Source: Octopus vulgaris (lineage: Eukaryota). Taken from it: DNA of 64,000 nucleotides. This document shows, one piece after another, positions 1 through 10,974 of the stretch; the first letter of the stretch is position 1, and each line of letters starts with the position of its first letter. The stretch spans positions 44,640,001-44,704,000 of the forward strand of contig OX597832.1 of the NCBI GenBank assembly GCA_951406725.2, in the 5' to 3' direction. Under the pieces are notes generated by a model. It did not search any database, was not told the origin of the DNA, and worked only from the letters and a program-made list of their open reading frames with translations. The translations under genes were made by a program, and so were the position numbers.

Positions 1-1509
1 TCCATTTCCTCAGGAAGGTCCTCAATTTCATCCTCTACTAGGGTGTGGAAGTTTTTAAAACAATCCATTTTAATGTTCAGCACAACAGAAATGAGCAGCA
101 AAACTGACAAATTACTTTAGAATAAGCAGGACACATTGGACATTGTACTCTTAGATATATTACACCTGAATAAAATGAGGGCCTCGAACAGAACATTCAT
201 GATCACAATCTATCTGATCCTTCAATGCTTACACTAAAATAAAATAAACCATCGTTCAAAAAATTGCCATTACTATTATTTGATACATCAGTCCTCTGCC
301 AGTTAAAGTCTTTTGCTTTATTTTCATTTCTAATATCTTTGGGACAGACATAAAAACTATAGCTTCCTATTTTCCTGTTCAGGAAAAATCTTAATTTTCA
401 ATTATTTTCTTAATGATCAAACTTTATTTCTTTCGTTCTTATTGCTTTAAATATTTATAAATTAAAAACCACAATAACCAGTCCAACAGACAACACAGCA
501 CAACAGTACAAGTTGTTTGCTTGTAATATAAATTCCTATTAAATAAACATATAGGAGTATAATAAAAATTGGAATCATTTAAAATTTATTAAAAAACAGA
601 AAACATTGGCGTAATTCGTTTTTTTTTTTTTAAAGCTATAAGTTTATTCCATTTTTCGATTTCATTCGTTATTCAGCTGAAAGCTAATCATACCAGTAGA
701 AAATTGAACTGGTTTCCAAGGATACGACAAAAATTGAAGTATTTTTGGATTAAATGAATAGAATAAGCACCTTTATGTGGAAAGAATCAGAAAAATTTCT
801 GGAGTAAAAAGAGGCAAAACTGAACTTGTTCATTCACTGTGTCACTCTACAATTCAAATACAAAGTCAATGAATGGACTTTCTCATAATCAACAGCTAAT
901 TTATCCCTATTGACCTCAACTAATAAAGAAACAGAGGAACTGTGACATTCATAGCTCCCATACTAAGGGTGGCAAGTTCAGATTACCAGAAATTAACTTT
1001 TGCTCTATTGGCAAACAATGATTTCTATGATAGACACAAGGTCACTTATTATAGAGCAAAGAAATGTAACAAGTGAAACTTGGCCAGTGTTTATTTTATG
1101 AACCCAAGAAAAAATGAAAGGCAGAACCAATATCACTGAAATTTGATCACAAAATGTAAAGGGATGTAACTAGATACCATAAGACATTTTGTCGACCATT
1201 CTACCAATTTGTTTAATCCACCACCCTTCATCACCATCTTCATCATCATGCTTGCATGGATGGAATTTGTTGAAGAAGATTTTCTATAGCCAGAAGCCCT
1301 TCTTGCTAGCTATCACCTGTTTCCAAGTAAGGCAATTTTCCCCCATGGTTGGATGTGTTTTCATTGAAGATTGGGAACAAAGGGCCCTGCTTGTTATCAT
1401 GGCTGCAGTCAAATGACTGAAACAAGTAAAAGAATAAAAAAATGTAAAGAAAGCAAGAAGTGGGGAAAGAGGAATGGTATGAACTGGCAGACATATATAT
1501 ATATATATA

Positions 1510-1689
1510 TAGGGAGAGTTTACGAAAAACACAAAAGACGAAGTCAGGTGGTATACAAAACAAACAGATGTCTTAGTATAATGCTCAGGAATAGAAAAAG
1601 TCTTTTACGTTTCGAGCCTACGCTCTTCTACAAAAAGGGACACAGAAAAATCAAGGAGAGAAAAAAGTGTGTGTAGTGGCTATATGTGT

Positions 1690-1729
<40 letters not shown>

Positions 1730-1920
1730 AGGGAGAGTTTACGAAAAAAACAAAAGACGAAGACAGGTGGTATACAAAACAAACAGATGTCTTAGTATAA
1801 CGCTCAGGAATAGAAAAAGTCTTTTACGTTTCGAGCCTACACTCTTCTACAGAAAGGGACACAGAGAAAAACAAGGAGAGAAAAAAATGTGTAGTGGCTA
1901 ACGATCTATCATGGCAACTG
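1510..1920 (-). mobile_element. Two tandem ~170-190 bp Penelope-like terminal-repeat fragments, each with a hammerhead-like motif
   Basis: Near-identical units start at ~1510 and ~1730, separated by (TA)n; minus strand reads (C/T)TGTAGA-A-GAG(C/T)-GTAG-GCTC-GAAA-CGTA. Confidence 0.6.
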
Positions 1921-1945
1921 ACTCGGACAGAAGTAAAGATGACCC

Positions 1946-1988
<43 letters not shown>

Positions 1989-2434
1989 GAGGAACAAGAA
2001 TGTTGAAAATAATGCCTTTACATTGAAACAGAAATTAGGCAACAGAAGAATCTGGCATAAACTAGAAATCGGTAAGGAAGTTGAGTTGGTGATTGAGTAA
2101 TAGAAGTAGAAGTTATCAATGGATTTTCACAGAAGAATACTGTCTGTTGCATATTTAGACCTAAAGTAGAATGGACTAACCCAAGAGAGATTAATGATAC
2201 ATTAATAAAAATTCGATAAAGCTGCATTTGTGTGTGTCTGCACATGCAATGAGCAAATTTAATGGTCTGAATACCTAAAAATATTTCACAAGATGAGACG
2301 ACTGGGGGATACTGTTTGGATGCTTGCGATTTGGCATGGCTGGCTGGACATTGAACCTGTTTTGCTAACAGTACATTTTAGCATTGGAAGCAAGCACACA
2401 CACACACAATGGATGTGTGCAGAAATACAAGGAG

Positions 2435-2925
2435 AGGGTTGAGTGAGAGAGAGAGAGAGAGATGGGAGAGAGATAGAGAGATAAGAGAGAGATGGGAGAG
2501 AGAGAGAGAGGGTTGGGTGAGAGAGAAGCATTACAATTTATTGAAATAAACAGTTTCTCTCTCATCATATGCATAAAGAGAAATATGCTTAGAGAGAGAA
2601 GGGAGAGAAAGGGAGGAGAGAGGAGAGGGAATGAGATAGAGGAGAGGGAGAGATAGGAGAGAGATAGATGGGAGAGGGAGATAGGAGAGAGATGGGAGAG
2701 AGAGAGATAGGAGAGAGATGGGAGAGAGAGATAGGACAGAGATGGGAGAGAGATGGGAGAGAGATGGGAGAGAGATGGGAGAGAGAGAGGGTTGAGTGAG
2801 AGAGAAGCCTTACAATTTATTGACAAACAAGAAGATGGGAGGAGGAAGGAGAGGGAATGAGATAGAGGAGAGGGAGAGGGAGATAGGAGAGGGAGGGAGA
2901 GAGAGAGCGGGAAGGGACTGAGGGA
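2435..2925. repeat. Purine-rich (GA/GGGAGA) low-complexity tract with an internal duplicated block
   Basis: GA-rich run; GGTTGRGTGAGAGAGAAGCMTTACAATTTATTGA occurs at ~2511 and ~2789. Confidence 0.9.
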
Positions 2926-3267
2926 TGTATTCACTCGTTCGACTGTGGCTATGCTAGGGGCACCATCTTGAAGAATTTTTAGTCAAATGAATCAACCCCT
3001 TGTTATTTTTTTTAGCCTGGTAGTTATTCCATTGGTCTCTAGGTTACAGGGACGTAAATACACCAACACCAGTTGTCAAGCAGTGGTGGGGGACAAACAC
3101 AGACATGTACACACATTCAATGAGCTTCTTTCAGTTTCCGTCTCCCAAATCCACTCACAAGGCTTTGGTTGGCCCAAGGCTACAGAAGACACTTACGCAA
3201 GATGCCACGTAGTGGGACCGAACCTGGAATCATGTGGTTGGATGCAAGCTTCTTACCACAAGGCCAT

Positions 3268-4043
3268 GGCAGAAGCGTTAGCACGCCGAGCGAAATGCAT
3301 AGTCATATTACGTCTGCCGTTATGTTCTGAGTTCAAATTCCGCCAAGGTCGACTTTGCCTTTCATCCTATCGGGGTCGATTAAATAAGTACCAGTAACAC
3401 ACTGGGGTCGATATAATCGACTTAATCCGTTTGTCTGTCCTTGTTTGTCTTCTCTGTGTTTAGCCCCTTGTGGGCAGTAAAGAAATAGGTATTTCGTCTG
3501 CCGTTACGTTCTGAGTTCAAATTCCGCCGAGGTCGACTTTACCTTTCATCCTTTCGGGGTCGATAAATTAAGTACCAGCAACACACTGGGGTCGATATAA
3601 TCGACTTAATCCGCGTGTCTGTCCTTGTTTGTCCTCTCTGTGTTTAGCCCCTTGTGGGCAGTAAAGAAATAGGTATTTCGTCTGCCGTTACGTTCTGAGT
3701 TCAAATTCCGCCGAGGTCGACTTTACCTTTCATCCTTTCGGGGTCGATAAATTAAGTACCAGCAACACACTGGGGTCGATATAATCGACTTAATCCATTT
3801 GTCTGTCCTTGTTTGTCCTCTCTGTGTTTAGCCCCTTGTGGGCAGTAAAGAAATAGGTATTTCGTCTGCCGTTATGTTCTGAGTTTAAATTCCGCCGAGG
3901 TCGACTTTGCCTTTCATCCTTTCGGGGTCGATTAAATAAGTACCAGTAACACACTGGGGTCGATATAATCGACTTAATCCGTTTGTCTGTCCTTGTTTGT
4001 CCCCTCTGTGTGTAGCCCCTTGTAGGTAGTAAAGAAAGGTATT
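3268..4043 (+). mobile_element. SINE family B (tRNA-like head; GCCTTTCATCCTTTCGGGGTCGATAAATTAAGTACC core, Meta-domain-like) as a 4 x 184 bp tandem
   Basis: Units start at ~3304, 3488, 3672 and 3856; B-box-like GAGTTCAAATTCC in the units. Confidence 0.85.
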
Positions 4044-5107
4044 GTGTATTTTGTTGTTTTGGCACCTAAACTATTATTATGCATGCCCCCACCACACACA
4101 TACCACCCCCCTATACCTTTGTTTTCCTTTTTCCCCCCATTTTTATGTGTTTTTTTAGTTCAGAAGGATATCCATATTTTATGCATGCTTGCATTGATTA
4201 ATACATTTGTGTAGGAAAATAAGAAACTAGTCAATAGCATATCTGCACTTTTCTTAGAATCCATACACTTGCATGATTACTATAATCTACAGGGAGGTAA
4301 AAGACTTGAATGGAGATTACAGCCAGCACGCCGAGTGATGCCGAATGCAAGGAGGCTGGCATCGGATTTTGATATTTCGCTTTCTATGCATGCACACGGT
4401 CACATGTGCTTGTTAAGAGTTCAAAAAATTATGCCAGATGAGGAAATATTGATAAGAGTTGAAGCCTCTGAGACAGAGAGAAAATACAATCTATCAAATT
4501 CATCAGGTGGAATTATTCATAAACCAAGTGTGAAACTCTCAAGATTTGCATTGCAGAGTAACGGTGGCCTTTGCGCTTTCAACAAGCTCGATAGCCTACT
4601 ATCGTCATGCGATTTCTCTCAACCTGACAACTGTTTGTTTATGAAAGCGTTTATTTACCAACAGTGTTTATGGAAATTTTGAGAAAGTGCTATGTCGAAC
4701 ACTCTGAGGAATTAAATATCATTGATGCTTAAATAAATAAAAATGGGATAAAATGTTTGCAAAAGACTTTCTTAAAAAAACCCCCAAAAAACCAACAAAA
4801 AAAAAAATGAAAATCATGTCTTCTTCATATTTTCCATAGAGGAAGCAAGCAAAGAAATTAGATGTAAAATGTAAAAAAATTGAAGATATTATCTTTAAAA
4901 TAATTATTCAATTTATTATTGGTTAACACAGGATTGAAAAGAGAGTATATATTTAGAATTTAAAGAGAAACATGCAAATTTGAGGAGTATCTATCTTTCC
5001 TTGTCTTACACACACACATATATAAATAAACAGGCAGTTAAATAAATGAATGTGTATGTGCGTTCATGTGTGTGTATGCATGCATGCATGAAGGAATAAA
5101 TATAGCT

Positions 5108-5505
5108 AGGTGCAAGAGTGGCTGTGTGGTAAGAAGCTGGCTTCCCAATCACATGGTTCTGGGTTCAGTCCCACTGTGTGGCACCTTGGGCAAGTGTCTT
5201 CTACTATAGTCTTGGGTTGATGAAAACCTTGTGAGTGAATTTGGTAGACAGAAACTGAAAGAAGCCTGTTGTGTGTGTGTGTGTATGTATGCATGTGTGT
5301 GTGTGTGTGTTTGTCCCCACCACCATTGCTTGACATCTAATGTTGGTGTGTTTACGTCCTCATAACTTAGTGATTCGGCAAAAGAGACTGATGGAATAAG
5401 TACTAGGCTTACAAAGAATAAATCCTGAGGTCGAATTGTTCAACTAAAGGTGGTGCCCCAGCATGGCCACAGTCAAATGACTGAAACAAGTAAAAGAATA
5501 AAAGA
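5108..5505 (+). mobile_element. tRNA-derived CORE-type SINE (family A), full length
   Basis: A-box-like GTGGCTGTGTGG, B-box-like GGTTCAGTCCC, CORE-like ACCTTGGGCAAGT, central TG/TA microsatellite, tail CAGCATGGCCACAGTCAAATGACTGAAACAAGTAAAAG. Confidence 0.9.
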
Positions 5506-5749
5506 AAAAATGTTTTGCTTTATTTAAAAATGTAAATAATAATTGCTTCTAATTTAGGCACAAAGCCAGGGATTCGAGGGGAAGGCATTGGTCAAGTTAC
5601 TATCAACACTAGTACATGACTGGGAATTTATTCTATTGACCACAGAAGGATGGTGATTTTTCTGTTTTTGTTACCATTTTCACCCCTCCGCAAAAAAATC
5701 TTAAATTTTATTTAATTTGACTTTCACAAGAAGGAAAATTTCATTGAAG

Positions 5750-5942
5750 TCATGTATCGCCTTGACCTTCGAAACGTGGAGTAGATGAAACAAAGGCGAC
5801 TGAAGAAGGGGAATTTTCCTTGTTTTGTATGTCCTGTACTCTATTTTTTCGTTGTTTTAAAAAAATGTCCATTTCCTTGGTTTTGTGTTTATGTTTTCGT
5901 TTCTCATTGTGTTCGACGTTTTTTTGGTGTCCTGTACCCATA
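5750..5942 (+). repeat. Possible PLE-type terminal repeat with scrambled hammerhead-like boxes
   Basis: CTTCGAAACGTG...AGGCGACTGAAGAAGGGG followed by a T-rich tract ending in a TA microsatellite. Confidence 0.35.
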
Positions 5943-6390
5943 TATGCATGTATATATACATGTAGAGGTAGGTACGTACATATATGTATGTATATATGCA
6001 TATGTTTTATTTATTTATTAATTTATCATATATATTTAAGGCAGGTTACAATCAAATCAACTGCATCCCCACAGATTAAATTTTGGTGTAAACTAGTGAA
6101 AGCTTAACTATAGGGAAGCCACAAATGATCTCAGGCTAATGACCAGAAACAAATTAACCCAGACCTTTTAAGTGCTAAATGTTTGAATCACAAGACAACT
6201 GATTCTGGAGGGAAGAGTATGAGCAATTTGAAAGTTTGAAGCTAGAATAGATAACTAGAATAAAATGCAAAATAGTTAGGATTGTAAATGAAAAAAAAGC
6301 TAAGGCCTGTATTCAAAACAAAATCAATGATTACAACTTTATTGATTCAATTAGCAGTTGGGTAATGTAATATTGTGTAGGGATTGTTAA

Positions 6391-6545
6391 TTGGATGAAG
6401 GCAATCGGATCACAGAACACAGAAAGCCTGGAACAATAGTTGTTGATAATGAAGACAATAAATGCTTCTTGATCCATACTGCTGGATCTTGTAATCTTAA
6501 TATTACATCCATGCTTCCTGAGAACCTGGAAGTTTCAAGATTATG
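6391..6545 (+). pseudogene. Degenerate restriction-like endonuclease (PD-(D/E)xK) fragment of an R4/Dong-type non-LTR retrotransposon
   Basis: Plus-strand translation ITEHRKPGTIVVDNEDNKCFLIHTAG resembles the RLE motif IxHRRPDIVVVDxxxxxCxxIDIA. Confidence 0.45.
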
Positions 6546-6892
6546 AAGAAAGAGAGCAAGAATGATGCAAGTAATCTTGAAAAAATATAATACTGAGTTC
6601 TCGAAAGAAAATAAATGAAAATTATATTTTTCCCCCAAAGAATTCACGAGAGAAAGAAAGACGGTTGGCTGAATGAACTAACATTTATTATTCCTGAAAT
6701 TTCTTGAGCTTTACATCATAATATATACACCCTTTAAGGATTCTCTTGGATTGTCCAAACAAACAGATTAAACAGCAACTTGTTTGGGAAACATTAGGAG
6801 TGTCTGTTGTAAGCTGGTTACAAACATCACTCTGCAGCCACAACTATTAAGAGATGACTTATTCACTATCAAAACAGATGATTAACAACAAT

Positions 6893-7286
6893 TACTCTTT
6901 CACTTGTTTCAGTCATTTGACTGCGGCCATGCTGGAGCACAGCCTTTAGTCGAGCAACTTGACCCCGGGACTTATTCCTTTTTTGTAAGCCCACTACTTA
7001 TTCTATCGGTCTCTTTTGCCGAACCGCTAAGTAACGGGGACATAAACACACCAGCATTGGTTGTCAAGCAATGCTAGGGGGACAAACACAGATACACAAA
7101 CACACACACATATACATATATACGACGGGCTTCTTTCAGTTTCCGTCTACCAAATCCACTCACAAGGCTTTGGTCGGCCCGGGGCTATAGTAGAAGACAC
7201 TTGCCCAAGGTGCCACGCAGTGGGACTGAACCCGGGACCATGTGGTTGGTAAGCAAACTACTTACCACACAGCCACTCCTGTGCCT
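6893..7286 (-). mobile_element. CORE-type SINE family A
   Basis: Reverse complement of the 5108-5505 element. Confidence 0.9.
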
Positions 7287-7292
7287 TGTGTA

Positions 7293-7594
7293 CAATTGCA
7301 GCATGGAAGGTGTTTGTAAGCCATTTAAGAAACACACAAAACCGTTAGATTCACTTCAACATTTAAATTTAATTTGTCAAAATATTTTCGTCGCTTGGAG
7401 ACCGCGACCTGTTCACCGACAAAGCTTCGTGCTGCATCTGATATTTCGACAAATTAAATTTAAATGTTGAAGTGAATCTAACGGTTTTGTGTGTTTCTTA
7501 AATGGTTTAATAAACACCTTCCACGCTGCAATTGTTTTCGTTCCAGCACACGATCTCAGATCAAGTCACTTGCTATGCAAGTACATCTCCGTAA
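7293..7594. mobile_element. PLE-like repeat: direct unit plus inverted truncated unit, carrying a hammerhead-like motif
   Basis: 7293-7378 is an inverted repeat of 7448-7534; a second family copy lies at 61871-62076. Confidence 0.7.
7373..7423 (-). ncRNA. Candidate minimal type I hammerhead ribozyme, G3-C8 core variant
   Basis: UUUGUCG-GUGAACA-G-GUCGC(9 nt loop)GCGAC-GAA-AAUAUU-U-UGACAAA. Confidence 0.6.
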
Positions 7595-8452
7595 AACAAT
7601 TGTGTAATAATATGAAAATTCTTTGTCTGGATTAAAATACACTTTGAGAATTTAGGTCAAGGTAAAAAGAAAAAAAAAGGAGCTACATTGGAAACTAAGT
7701 GGGCATCATCCATATCCATTTGCACGTATGAAAGAGAGAGGGGTAAATGGGATGTAGAAGGAAAGAAAAGCTTGTATGATGAGCATGTAGAAAGAAGCCT
7801 AGATTAAAAGAGGGCAAGGTAAAAATAATACGAGATTTACACTTAATAGCAAAGCAAAATAGGTTAATCTGGTAGACGTTATTTATCAGAATTAAATCAA
7901 TATCCCTTTTAGTCTGTCGGTTCTGGTGTGTTAAGATGAGTCTCCCTTGAACTGAGGTGACTGCTACTGTAACCTGTAACATATGATTTTCTATACCCAG
8001 AGAGATCGGCTTTAAATCTGATAGTTAATTAGATTTGATGCTTCTTCAAGGCCCCTCCCTGCCCCAAAAAACCCCCTTAGAGAGTAGCATTAAAATGACT
8101 TCTGAAAATGAAACATTTCTATTTATTAGTCTGGAAATGTAAAGCCAGAAGGTAAATAATAGATGAAGGAGATAACAATGGTAAGACCGAAACTCAAAGC
8201 TTTAATAATTTGGAATACCAACAAGTAAATAATACTTTGTAACCATTTCTTCAAGTTTTGGGAGTTTAATGAAACTGAATAGCATTTTCATTTAGAAGGG
8301 ATAAGGCATTGAAGGTATGTTTGTTGTCAGATTCTGTAGGTGAAGCTGGAGGGTAAACTACAATACCAATTTCAGTTCGTTAATTAATTGTACTTCTGCC
8401 ATGCACATATGGCTGTTCCCTCCTTCTCTCTTGCTCTCTCTCTCCCTATATA

Positions 8453-8665
8453 CAAAGGAATTCTTAAAAGTTCTTGGCATCGAGTATAAGAAAATACAGG
8501 AGGATCAATTAATTATGATTATATTCCACATATTCCCCTCTCAGATTCACACACTTATTGCAGCGGACCTTCAGTTTTTTTAAGCCTTGTAAAAGAACTT
8601 GAGTTGGGTTGCCAAACAGGCCGTTGGTGATACCCTTAAAACAAGGAATTTTTCAGCACTCCTCA
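8453..8665. mobile_element. Degenerate mariner-type MITE
   Basis: TA-flanked; imperfect TIRs CAAAGGAATTCTTAAAAGTTCTTGG / CAAGGAATTTTTCAGCACTCCTCA. Confidence 0.45.
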
Positions 8666-8747
8666 TATATGTGTGTGTACACACAAGCACATAAATGCAA
8701 AGCAAGGTGGAAAAAATAGTACTTGAATATCCAAGACGGAATATGAT

Positions 8748-8890
8748 GCTTTTTTTATTAAAGCTGAAAATAATCATCACAAACTGTTACTCAGAGTATC
8801 ATGTAACCACTTGTTGGATGTACGACAAACAGTAATTTGAAACTCTGAATAACGATTTGTGAAGATTTTTTTCAGCTTTAATAAAAATGC
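8748..8890. repeat. Small foldback/MITE-like element with ~35 bp inverted termini
   Basis: GCTTTTTTTATTAAAGCTGAAAATAATCATCACAAA ... TTTGTGAAGATTTTTTTCAGCTTTAATAAAAATGC. Confidence 0.65.
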
Positions 8891-8898
8891 TTATATAT

Positions 8899-8940
8899 GC
8901 ATGGCCACAGCTCGTGAGCTGAAACTAGATGAAAATGAAA
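8899..8940 (+). mobile_element. Extremely 5'-truncated CR1-group LINE 3' end
   Basis: GCATGGCCACAGCTCGTGAGCTGAAACTAGAT is identical to the LINE end at ~60960-60991. Confidence 0.75.
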
Positions 8941-8971
<31 letters not shown>

Positions 8972-8982
8972 CTCACACACAC

Positions 8983-9032
<50 letters not shown>

Positions 9033-9876
9033 ACACACACAAACACACATATACATATACAGAGATAGATAGATAAATAGGTAGGTAGGTATGTAGGTAG
9101 GAATGTAGAAAGAGGGAGATCAGACAGGGATACACAAAAAGAGAAAAAAGAAGTAATGAGAAGAAGGACAAGACATATGGAGGGCAGAGAAAAGGGAGAA
9201 GTGAAAAAAAAAAAAGAAGAAAAAGATGAGGGAGGGACTGGATAGGGGGGGGAATTATTGTGGAGAGACAGAATGGAGAGTAAATGAAAGAGAGAAATAC
9301 AAAAAGAAAAAGATTTTTTTTTTGTGTGAGTTATCTGTTTTTGTAAGGTTTAGGTACAAAGTGATTCTGCTAAATAATTCAAACATATTACACAAGTGTA
9401 ACATTAACAACCATTATGAAGGTGAGAACAGATCTAAATTTCATTGGAGATGGTTAATAGCTTAAAGGGCAAAATAGTGTTAAGATAGTTTAGAATCTGT
9501 ATTTTTTTCTTTTTTTTTTTTTTGGTCATTTAGTTGTGAAGACATATAAAATAGTCCAAAATCTGGTTTGCAAAAAATAAAAAAAAAAAGTCCAAAATAT
9601 CAGTACTTGATGTGCTTATAACTTGCTATAACTATTCCTTTTATGCCTTTCACAGGGCTGATAATTTTTTGGACAATTTGTTGTTATATTCGAAGAACCA
9701 AAAGCCAGACTAAGAAAGAGCATCAGGATCGTCTTGATAGTATGTGCCATAGGCAACTCCTCAAGGAGCAAAAACATTTCATGTTCACATGACACATTCC
9801 ACCCATCTGTATTATTGTTGCTCAATACAGGACAGGCCTTGCAGGCCACAGCTACTGTGCTGAGCAACAGGCCATA

Positions 9877-10425
9877 TCATCATCATCATCATCATCATCG
9901 TTTAACGTCCGCTTTCCATGCTAGCATGGGTTGGACGGTTCAACTGGGGTCTGGGAAGCCAGAAAGCTGCACCAGGCTCCAGTCTGATCTGGCAGGGTTT
10001 CTACAGCTGGATGCCCTTCCTAACGCCAACCACTCCGTGAGTGTAGTGGGTGCTTTTCATGTGCCACCGACACAGGTGCCAGACGAGGCTGGCGAACGGC
10101 CACGCTCGGATGGTGTTTTTTATGTGCCACCGACACAGGTGCCAGACGAGGCTGGCGAACGGCCATGCTCGGATGGTGTTTTTTACGTGCCATCGGCACG
10201 GAGGCCAGGCGAGGTTGGCGAACGGCCACGCTCGGATGGTGTTTTTTACGTGCCATCGGCATGGAGGCCAGGCGAGGCTGGCACGGCCACGATTGGATGG
10301 TGTTTGTTACTTGCCCACAGCACGGAGGCCAGTCGATGCAGTACTGGCTACAGCCACGTTCGGATGGTTTTCTTATGTGCCACCGGCACAGGTACCACAA
10401 AAATACAAATTCCATTGATGTTCGA
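9877..10425 (-). mobile_element. (GAT)n-tailed repeat (family C, RTE 3'-UTR-type) with ~5 internal 57-60 bp tandem units
   Basis: CAT tail, CCATGCTAGCATGG palindrome, GGAAGGGCATCCAGC core. Other copies at ~12822, 13920, 14316, 17820, 28833, 37735, 40660, 53567, 56663, 57517 and 62435. Confidence 0.85.
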
Positions 10426-10751
10426 CATTATATTTTTGAGGCTTCTACAACCTACAAGAAGACCATGCGACTACATAGTGTTACTGGCAGAGATCGACAA
10501 CACGAAAGCGAGGACCTGTCGAAGCTAATGGGAAACAAAGATTCCGGGAAGGGTTATAGTGGAATGCATCTTGGCTGTGACAGTTTTAAGAAGATATTGC
10601 TAGAGGAGTACAGTGAATTAATTAAGATGGAAAATGTCAAGTAATATTAGAACTAATGAATGAATAAATTAGTTTTGCATGGGAACAAGTAATAAAATTA
10701 TCTATGTAACATTACATAGGGTTTTCCCTTTACTCTCATGCTTTGCTTTAA

Positions 10752-10974
10752 CCCTTTCGTTACTGTATTTTTTTTTTTAGATGCTCTATGTTTCTTTCAA
10801 TTTCTTTAAATATAACAAAGAATTTAGTAAAATAACTTAATTATCATTCAACTATTGTTAAGAACATAAATTGTGAATAAGGTTTGGTGGAAGATTTTAA
10901 TTCAAAACTTATGAAAACAAGACATCTGTACTACAGAGCCAGAGCCGGTTTCAGCCGGGTTGGTAACGAAAGGG
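10752..10974. mobile_element. piggyBac-type MITE (family 1)
   Basis: TTAA on both sides; TIR CCCTTTCGTTAC / GTAACGAAAGGG; second copy at 45689-45909. Confidence 0.85.

Noticed and set aside
9655-9770. Possible Ty3/gypsy RT remnant (FLDNLLLYSK...EHQDRL)
   Set aside because: Short, frameshifted, lacks the catalytic DD and has no LTRs; too weak to call.
10045-10400. Repeat-spacer-like array resembling CRISPR
   Set aside because: The 'spacers' are homologous to each other, the array is internal to a dispersed eukaryotic retro-repeat, and there are no cas genes.
9734-10644. 264 aa and overlapping long ORFs
   Set aside because: They are translations of the GC-rich family C repeat, and the same peptides recur at other copies.
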